This document shows positions 53,729 through 64,000 of a stretch of DNA of 64,000 nucleotides, in pieces. The stretch lies in NCBI RefSeq assembly GCF_009914755.1, contig NC_060931.1; one strand, 5' to 3'. The number at the start of each line of letters is the position of its first letter. Position 1 is the first letter of the stretch. Under the pieces are notes generated by a model, which worked only from the letters and a program-made list of their open reading frames with translations, was not told the DNA's origin and searched no databases. Made by a program: the position numbers and the translations under genes. The stretch comes from the human T2T-CHM13v2.0 reference genome, Homo sapiens.

Positions 53729-56575
53729 CTGTCTTTAAGATTTAATTTTTTAAATATGTAAAACCATTCTAATGATTTCCATCATTAAAAATCAGAACCA
53801 TCTGATTCCTTGAAGAGAACAGAGCCTTTGCTAGCACTGAGAAGGACTCTGAGTAACAAAATGGACAGTACCTCAGTTATAAAAAATAACAATGTGGATA
53901 TGAATTTTATGTGGTTATTTCTCATAACAACCTCTGTCAAAGATTAGGACAAAGTAGTAAATGTGAGTCAATGAAATTGATCAGAAAGGTGTTGTGGGTT
54001 CCCAATATGTATGTTTCTGGTGACAACATTAACCAAAGATTGAATTTGTAAGGTCTTGGACCTATCTTCCCTGAACATTTCTTCTCTCAGTAGGTATTTG
54101 GATGAGAGCTGGATATCCTGGAGTGCTAGTATTCTAAATTGCTGGCTAAGGGCCCATCCATATGCTTTGGAACAGAGAGATAGTTATCCTATTATGAAAG
54201 TAGTGAGATAGTTATCCTATTATGAAAATTAGGTAGCTCTAACAATTGTCCTTCCTACATAGATATAGCTGGATAAAGTGGGGCTTGGGCCCAGAATCCT
54301 ACCTCTTTTGGTTATATCACACTGATTTCTCATACTGTTTTTAGTATTGTAATACCCACATAGTGACAATCCACAAATACTTATTGAATAAGTTAAAAGC
54401 TAAGACTTTAAGGTTTTAAGATTTTAGCCAACATAAAGCTCAGTTTGCATCAACATGTATGACATAGCCACCAAAACAGTGATTATGATCTTCGGCTGCA
54501 GGAATTGATGTGAATTATCTAGAAGAGGGAGGGAAGCTTTGCTTTGCTATTTCCAGTGTGGGCTATGCCCAGCAGTTTGCTGTTCTCTTATGGGTTCCTA
54601 TTTTAATAGAAACATTAACAAACTGGATATTAACAGTATAGTGATGAGATTAAACTCATTAGTTGAAGAACATAGTTGAAAAACCATGGGATGTAAATGA
54701 GAAGACTCAATGAGAATGTCTGCCATTTTCAGTGGCTCATCCCATAGGAGAGACCATAAAAGAAAGAAATTGGACCTGTTCTAGATGGCCAGTGGGGGAA
54801 AGTAATGGGCATGTTTTTAGCTTGATAGAAAAAAAAGCTCTTCTAATATTCTAAGAGGGAATTGGCTGCCTCAGTGAGCAGTGAACTCTTGATCAGTCAG
54901 AAGGGTAGCTTAATGAACACTTGACTAGGATGTTGTAGAAAGGATTCAGACTTCAAAAAGATAGTCGTATTAGATGTCCTTGAAGCTTCCTTCTAAACCT
55001 GGCATTTTCTGATTCTCTTATCTCCTCCCCGCACCCACCCACAAGTCCTGTGCTGGTTGTCTGGTACTCATTACAAGAGCTTGTTTTAAGAATCTCTGAG
55101 ACACTGTTATTTATCTTTCCAAAGGCTTTATTTTTAGTATTTAAGAATTTCTATATTTCTTTATTTGAAACTAGGAGAAAAATAGACTTTTTTCTACTTC
55201 TGAAAACTTTGGTTAATATTTTGTTAACATTTATATATACCTAAATATATATGATAGATTCTTAATATTGTTGTTAATATTTTAACATCAGCCTGTGTAA
55301 TTGATACTAATTTCATAAAATATCATGTAGGCTACAGTGAACAGATGAAAAATGGGTTTCGTATATTTTATTTATACCAGCAACGGTTTATAATCTGAGG
55401 ATCAAGATATAAGGTTGATCAAGCTTTTGAATGTGATATGTCCTGAAAGTGGATTTCTAATGGAATACCTACAAAATGGTTTTTTGCCGTGAGTCAGAAT
55501 GATCTCAACAGTCTTGTGTATATCAAGTCATTGTAGTATACATTTCTGGATGGTTCAATCTTAGGCCAAAGTAGGTTTTCCTATTTCGTCCTATTCTAAA
55601 CAAGTTCTGTTTTTCTGGGAGATGAGCTATTTTAATTTAATTTTTGAGTGAGTAAATCCCTTAAGCATTGAAAATCAAAGTATATTTGACTTTTTAGCAT
55701 GTGGGTACCAAAATATGTATAGTGTAAAGATCTGAAAGCACGTTGACACTGCCTATCACATTCTTTAGATGCTCAGCTCTTCAGGGAAGCAAAAACCTGA
55801 AAAAGAAAAACAAAGTTAAAGATTAAATATGTGATCAGTACTGGATTATATAAAATGTTTCTCGTTTGTAAATGAAACAATAATCAGTAGACAGGAAAGA
55901 TTGCAATGACTACAAAAGTTCAAAAGTGAGCAGGTTATTGTTGTGTTCCTCCCTTGTTGAAGCACAACAGTGAGAGGAGGGCTACATTGACTCTTCTCAA
56001 TCATTTTCTTTTATCCCCAAGTGTCAAATATTTCTTTTACTTTCAGTTGGGATTAAAATAGTATATTCTAGCCACAGTCTTGGTGCTTCCATAAGAAACT
56101 ACACCTGCTGGGATCTTGTCAGGTCCTCGGTTACACAATTGCAGTACCAGAATTAGGCCTTAGATCTCCCCATACAAGTGTTTTTCCAAAATCCTGAAAG
56201 TTTTCAGCCTCAGCCACTTTTCCTCACTAGAATGGAGCATGCATGGTTTGTCTTATGGTAATGAGAAGTGTTATGTGGCATGAGCAATGTTAGGAAGTAA
56301 AAGTGCAACTATTTCCTAGACTGAAGTTAGAGTGCTGGCCTACATTATCCAGTGGAAGACAGATGTTCCTATAAAGATGTGTGTTTTATAGATTTTCTGT
56401 AAATATGTAATATTTTCTCTTGATTTAGACTATATATTCAAAGATAGTCTTCTTTTTCTGATTGATCTCAAGTGAATGTTAGACATTGAATGTTTGTGTT
56501 AACATTTCCTATCCTTTAATATCTTGATGAAGTATTTTATAATTTTTAAAGCAACTCTCTGCTTAAAAGACAAAA

Positions 56576-57232
<657 letters not shown>

Positions 57233-60200
57233 ACCAGGTCATGGTGAGTCAAATCAAACCTTTAATAATGGTAACTTTCCAGCCCAGTTTTCAAAGTTGG
57301 CTCCACTTTTCTAAGACATCAGATGCCTCACCATGCCTGAGGCCTGACTCAAACTCAGGGTTGGCAGCACCTAGTAGAGGGAAGTGCTGGATGAAGTCCA
57401 GGTACTTTCACATCAGAACCCTTCCAGAAAGTGTCTCTGACCTGGAGCTGCCACCTATTAGAGCCCTATGGACTGTAATGGGGACTAGGAACCTTCCATG
57501 TCCTTCTGCCTGGCCACACTGGGCTTTCCAAGAGCTTTGGAAGGAGGTGGCAAGCCACAGCTACATGGGTGGTGAATCCTGTGTGCAGTGTCTGGGCCTG
57601 GAACTACCAGTGCACTTAGGAAGCTAAGGATACAAGGTCTGGTGAATTCTCCATCGGCTGGAAGCTTGTCCCAAGCAGACTTAACACAGCAAACTCAGAC
57701 CCAGCTAGAGTTCAAGGTTTGGCTGCCTCTGGAGCTAACTTCAGATTCAGGACTAGTAGAGTTCCCCGCTCCCAGAAAACATAAAAGAATGGGTCTCTGT
57801 CCCCATTTGCATCTACCCCTTTCCCCAAGAAAAGTAAGGCCCTGGCATTTGGCTATAAGAAACCATGGTCAAGTTAGTGCTTTATCTGTACTTGATAGAA
57901 TTTCTACTTAAACAAGCAAAAAACAAGATTTATTTTTGTGGGCAATACTGCTTTTTTTCTGTGTGACAACGTCTATGTATATTTAAAAATTATATTGTCT
58001 TAAAAGAGAGGCACATCACCATTTTTTCTCTGGGGTTCCCTTTCTATTTAGTTTGTTTTGTGTCCAAATGTTCTAGAAAAGAAGCTTAGGTTTTCATCGG
58101 CTTAGAAAAATGAGACCACAGTCAGGTGGACCAACTTATTTAATTTCTACTCTTCAAAGTAGTGCTACTAAAACAACAACAATACTCAAAATCAAGAAGA
58201 CAAAGCCTCCAAACCTAGAATCCTTTTAGACCCTGTGGATCGAGAAGTGGATGAAATAAAAGAATCGGTTGATTCCTTGGCAACTTTTCATTAACATTCA
58301 AAGCAGATTTTAAAAGATTAATTGAGAACATGAAAAATAGATGTTATTGTAACCATTCTTTTTATTTTGGTTAGAAAAGGCCCAACTGGGTTTTTATAAG
58401 TTGAACAAAATACATTTCCCATTATCTATGAAAACATGGTAATCTATTATGGATAAATCATTCTTATTATCCTTTTCTTTTTGTGCTCTTTCAATGAGAA
58501 TTTCTTCTGGACTCTTACCCCTCTTATAATTGGGTAATGATAAAATTAGATAAATTTTAATACCAATGATTTGGCTTCTAAATTTTGTTGCATTTAAATG
58601 GAATTGGAGCCATTTAGCATAGATTAAATTCCAGATCTTGTCTCTGTCTCAGTGAATAGGTTCAGATTTCTAATGGAAGACCAAGACTGATATTAGGACC
58701 AGCTACTGATAAAGTCAGCAAAACTACTATATGCCACCGTGTTTGCCTTACATAATTATAGAGGTGGGTTTTACATTAGGCTGGCTGAAAGTAGAATTCT
58801 GAGATGAAGAGTTATATGTAAAGATTTTTTGAGATGTGCTCTCCAGAACTGCACCTGTGAGGAGATGAGAAAAGGAAGATAGGGTAGAGGGGAAAGCTGA
58901 CTCACAATGCAACTGAGGTCTTGGGAGAGCTTACAGGGAGCTCTGGAAAGGAGATGTCTCTAAGAATTGTTCCAAATTGAAGCAAAGGGGACTTTATTCC
59001 TTGGCGTGTGTTGGGCATTGACTGTGGCTCTCCCCTGAGAAGTATTTAGTGAGGTAGTTGCTTGTAGCCAAGAGCATTTCTCTGTCAGGGTTACATCTGT
59101 AAGCTTTTACCAGATGGTATTCCTCAAAGCTGAGGGCAGTAGGCTTTAACCCTGAAGAGGGAACCTGGGTGGATCATCATAGTTCCAACCACGCTTGGTA
59201 ACGTAGCTCAGCTTTCTGCAGTCTACTATATATGGCATAGAATAGCAGGTTGGCAGGGAGGATTAATAAAAATCCATGTGGATTATGGCTTCTTCTGGAA
59301 AGGTTAATTAAAACTGTGCTTACCATACTTGTTACCTCTGTACCATCAAAGCAAGCAGAGAATAGTCATACTTTACCTCTTTTCCCACATGTCACACTCA
59401 AAACCATAGCTTAGATACTGTGTTTGAGAGTTGAACCTTAGATGTTTTATTTAAATGATTCTTCTAAATTGGACAGGTATAGTTTATCTTGATGCCAACT
59501 GGCTTATACCAGATTAAGCTTTAATATTGTGAAGTCTCCGGTTCATTAAAAAATAGCTATTTAACAACAACAAAAAAATACTTTGGGAACCCATTTAAGG
59601 TAACTCCAAACCTTAAATGGGTTCTAAAGTATTTTTTTTTGTTGTTGTTAAATAGCTGGTTTTGTATTAGTCATTTGAGAAAGTAGTAATACTTCTTTTG
59701 ATTGAATTTGCTTCTGGTTATCATGCTTGTTTAGATTTAGAGAACAGGAAGCGTGTTAGAGCTGTGTGATGCTCTGCCCTCTTTTAGCTAGGTGGCTACT
59801 AGACACTGTGAGAAGGAAGCAGTTGATTACCTTTCAGACTACATGTCACTGGGATGATCCTGCAGCAATAAAGGTTAATTTTTATATTAATAAAACTAGA
59901 GAGATCTTTTGGCAACCTCAAGCCTTTGGCTTTCTGGAAAATATAAACCCATTTTTATACTTATGGGACTTGGTTTTAGTGATATCAGGGCCCCTGTCAA
60001 CCCTTGATCGTGTAGAGTTAACATGGCCTGGGTAGATGTGTTTCCAAGCATTGGAATCTGGGATACAAAGCTGAGTGGTTTAATTTGTTGTTACTATGTT
60101 GTATCTTTTCACACAAGTGCTACATCCAACCCAGTCGTGAAACAAAATGATTTGGATTTTCTCATTTTTTCAAAGAATACTTACTGATGTGTTACGGAAG

Positions 60201-63200
60201 CTAAAAGGGAAAACCAAATTGATGATAATCAATTCCTATGGACATATCAAAGCAGGTAGAGTAGAAGGCATCCTGGAAGAGCTACTATCTGAGAGGAAAC
60301 CTGTAAGTTAAGTAAGAATTAGCCATATTAATGGCAGAAATATGGCAGGGATGGTTTCTTAGTAAGAGGGGGCAATGGATGGAAAGGCCTCAGAGAAAGA
60401 GAGCCTGTCTGTAGTTTATGATAGCTAAAACACAGGCTATTTTCATAAGAATCAGTAAGGAGAAGGGGATTAAGAGGTGAGCAGGGGTCTGATTAGAAAA
60501 ATATTATATTGTGAGCATATAAGACTTTATCTGGAGAACACAGGGAACCATTGAATTGTCTTCAGCAGAAGAGTACTATGACCAGATTTGCATTTGGAGA
60601 GCAGTATAAACAGCAATTGGAGAGACCACAAGGGGAGGCATCAGGACCAGTGAAGAGACAAGGAAGAGGTCATGAGCACCCAGATTAGGGTAGAGACAAT
60701 GAGGATGGTGGAAAGTGAGCAGATTTGAGAGGCTTTTAGCAAAAACGTTAGGTCGATGTTAGGCCTTGGCAACTCATTGGAGGTGGGGTGATGACAAACA
60801 AAGATATTGTTGGAAAACTGGACAGGTATAGTGGGATGAATAAACATGCTATTATGTGTGAAAAGGCATGGCTCACCTTAGCCCTTAACCTGCTGTTTTC
60901 TGGTGTCATAACTCCGTTTATTTTATTGCAGGTGTTGAATATCTGAAAGCTCTATTACCATTTATCTTAGTTTGGCATGTGATCAGAGATTTTGATATTT
61001 CTGGATTGAACTGGGCATGACTGATGGTGAGAGATAAAGAATTTTTGATTCCTAATTCCAAGTTGCCACCTTCATATAATGAGAACAAAATAATATATTT
61101 TATAGAAAATAAAATAACATTTTTATCATGGGAGGCTCAATCTTTACTAAATCTTGCTACAACTGCCTCAAATGACACTTAGGTTCATATTTTCTCTGAC
61201 TTGTTTATGTTCTAATCATTCTTACTATAAGTTTCATTATGATCAATGGACAAATGTCACAATAATTATTCTGCACAATTTCATGGTTAATGTATACATC
61301 TAATTAAAAGGACTTTATTCAACTTTTTTTCACTAAACAAATTGTTTTATTTTTCTTAAGAAAAAATAATTTTAAGTCTCCTCACAAAGAATATGGAGAT
61401 TATTCAAAATCAAAGAGCTAGGTTTTTAGCCTATGCTATAGTGTTGACCCAACCATATAGCAAGTCTATGATCAATTTCAATAAAATAATTTCCCTTTTT
61501 CTTATTTGATTTTTAGAGATAGCAGTAGGAATTTGAATTTAGAAGTAATAGACAGCCATTTCCAGGAAGATGCCTGAGATTTGGAAATTATTTGCATAGA
61601 TGTTGTATATTAAACAGGTTAAACAAAGGTGTTCTTTTTCAAGTCTGAGAGTTTATATTCATAAATAATCTTGTTCTTTGGCAATGGGCATTACATTTAG
61701 AGAAAATAATGTCTGTGTAAACACATCTATCCAAAAAGGCACCTTTGCTCACAAAGATCAATATTTGTGACTGAAGCAGTGAGGCTTCTAAACATAACTT
61801 ATTATGCGGTAATTTAAAATCCTTTAGAAAACAAGTAGGGACTGCTTAATGCATAGACTCCTAACTGTGAATTTCAAGATGACCTCCTACAATTATAAGA
61901 AAGCCACTTCTCCAAGCATACTGAGCATCAACTCTTGGCCTCAAGGTGAGGCTAGATGGAGTGTTATGGCATGGCCACAGACAGTGCTGTGAAACCCCAG
62001 TGTTTCTGATAGTTTGATTGCAGATCACTATCTTGTCTCCCACCTTCATCCTTCCATGACCTCAATTTCTCTCTTGTGCTTAGGTCTTTTAATAGAGGAA
62101 CTGACAGCTAACAAATTTCTGTTCTACTTTGGATGCCTTCGCCTTCTTCACATTTATCCTGCCCCTCTTACCTCCTCTGCATAATTCACTGAAACTGTTT
62201 ATTCTGCTGTATTCCTGTCACTCTACACTGGAGAAACATCCAGCCCAAGTAATTCATGATCCACTGGAAAGCACCTGCACATTTCTTCAGATTTAATTTG
62301 GATCATCCGCTCCCTCCACCCTTCTCTGATCTTCCTGATTAGAGCTAACCACTCCTGCCTTGTGGTCCAAAATGGTCCAACATGCACAGAGCTAACCCCC
62401 TGTGCATGTTGGACCTGTTTCTATCACAACCACAAAACCCTGTATTGTGCTTGTCCTTATTCACCACCACTCCAGACAGTAGGCCCTTCTAGGATGGGAA
62501 TTGTGTTATTCATTTGTAATGCTCCCATATCTAGCACCATGCCTAGCCACTTATGAAATGACAAATACATGTTTTTATGTTTTTCTTTTCCTGAACAAAT
62601 TATTTAAAACAGGAAAGTCTGATGGGCAGGGAAGTAGGCACATCTAGTTCATCATCAAGTTCTGCCTATTTTGCTATTTAAACATGTCTTGTATCCAAGC
62701 TCTCCATCTTGCTGTCTCTACCTGAATTCGCGTTCTCATTTTCTCTCTGCTGCACTATTAAAATGGCCTTCAGATGGGCTCTGTTCTCTCTAGGCTTAAC
62801 CCTCACATTCACTCTCCAGGTAGGTGGCATAATCATTTTTTGATGTGCAAATCTGAAGATGTTCCTCTATAGTTTACGGGATAAATTCTAACATCCTTAG
62901 CATAGCACATAAGACCTTTCATGATCTGGCCCCTATTTGTCCATTTTCATCTCCTGCTATTTTCTGCTTCAGCCATGGTGGACATCTTGTGTGGTCTCAT
63001 ACAGTGCAGTTTATTGTGCCTTGTTCTGAATTTTTCTGTTGCAAAAAATGCCCCTCTTCAGTCTAATTTTTTTCTGGCAAATTCCTATGCATGGACAGAA
63101 ATTCAGAGAGAACATGTTTATCATAACCTGGCTTTACCACTTACTTACAAACTGTTTAAACTTGGGCAAATTGCTCACTTCTCTGTGTCTCAATTTTCTC

Positions 63201-63248
63201 ATTTTTAAGTCAGGGATAATATTCTTTCTGCTTAGTAAGTATGCATAT

Positions 63249-63292
63249 TGCATGAGTCAGAGTTCTTCAGTGAGACAGAACCAACAGGATGA

Positions 63293-63358
<66 letters not shown>

Positions 63359-63829
63359 GAGAGAGGATTTATTAGGGGAATTGGCTCACATGATTATGGA
63401 GACTGAGAAGTGCCACAACGGGTCATCTACCACCTAAAGATCCAGGGATGCTGGTAGCATGGCTCAGTTCAAGTCTGAAAGCCTCAGAACCAGGGAAGTC
63501 AAAGGCCTGAGAACCCAGGAAGCCACTGGTGCAAGTTTCAGAGTCCAAAGCCCTGGAGTTCTGATGTCTAATCATAGGAGAAGTGTGTCCCAGCTTCAGG
63601 AGAGAGAGAGAGAGAGAGAGTGCAAATTTGCCTTTCTGTTCTATCTAGCCTCCCATCTGATTGGTTGGTGCCTGGCCACATTGAAGGCAGATCTCCCCCA
63701 CTCATCCATTGACTCACGTGCCAATCTCTGCCCAAAACATCTTCACAGACACACCCAGAAATTATGCTTTAGCAGCCAACTAGGTATCCCTTAATGCGGA
63801 CAAGTTGACACCTAAAATTATCCATCACA
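63249..63829 (-). mobile_element. MLT2-type ERVL LTR containing (GATA)n (about 63295-63358) and (GA)n
   Basis: AGTCAGAGTTCTTCAGTGAGACAGAACCAA ... GAATTGGCTCACATGATTATGGAG ... AAGTTGACACCTAAAATTATCCATCACA. The flanks CATAT and CACAT form a degenerate 5-bp TSD. Confidence 0.88.
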
Positions 63830-64000
63830 CACATCAGCCATTATTGCTTATTTTACTCATTAAGGCTTTACAAAAAGTTTCACTGCTACAAGCAACCTTT
63901 CAGAATTTCCCAGGATGGATTAGATTTCCCTCTTATGTGCTACATAGTTTCTCTTGCAGATCTTGATTCTTGGACTCACCAAATTTTGTTGGAATTGTCT

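Overview
Primate (very likely human) genomic DNA, AT-rich and interspersed-repeat-rich. I recognise it as the GPR85 (SREB2) / SMIM30 (LINC00998) locus, which I recall lying on 7q31.1. Both protein-coding genes are on the minus strand. (1) GPR85 is a 370-aa orphan class A GPCR whose CDS has no intron (12633-13745). It has a CpG-island 5' region, several candidate non-coding exons and a leader dense in uORFs. (2) SMIM30 is a 59-aa membrane microprotein (46488-46667) that the supplied ORF track missed, probably because it is under 60 aa. Its three-exon structure, ZNF143-type CpG promoter and a 4-codon uORF can be read from the sequence. The rest is L1, Alu, LTR, MIR, L2 and DNA-transposon remnants. 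Notable structures include two 5'-inverted (twin-primed) L1s, a palindromic AT-rich fold-back at 34149-34479, a roughly 100-bp near-perfect hairpin at 59555-59657, a long-arm inverted duplication around an AluJ, and a 145-bp templated direct duplication. Most other ORF-track entries are spurious. I found no wholly new system. The best hidden element is the microprotein, which is already described in the literature; its uORF and the structural oddities are the parts I cannot tie to prior descriptions.
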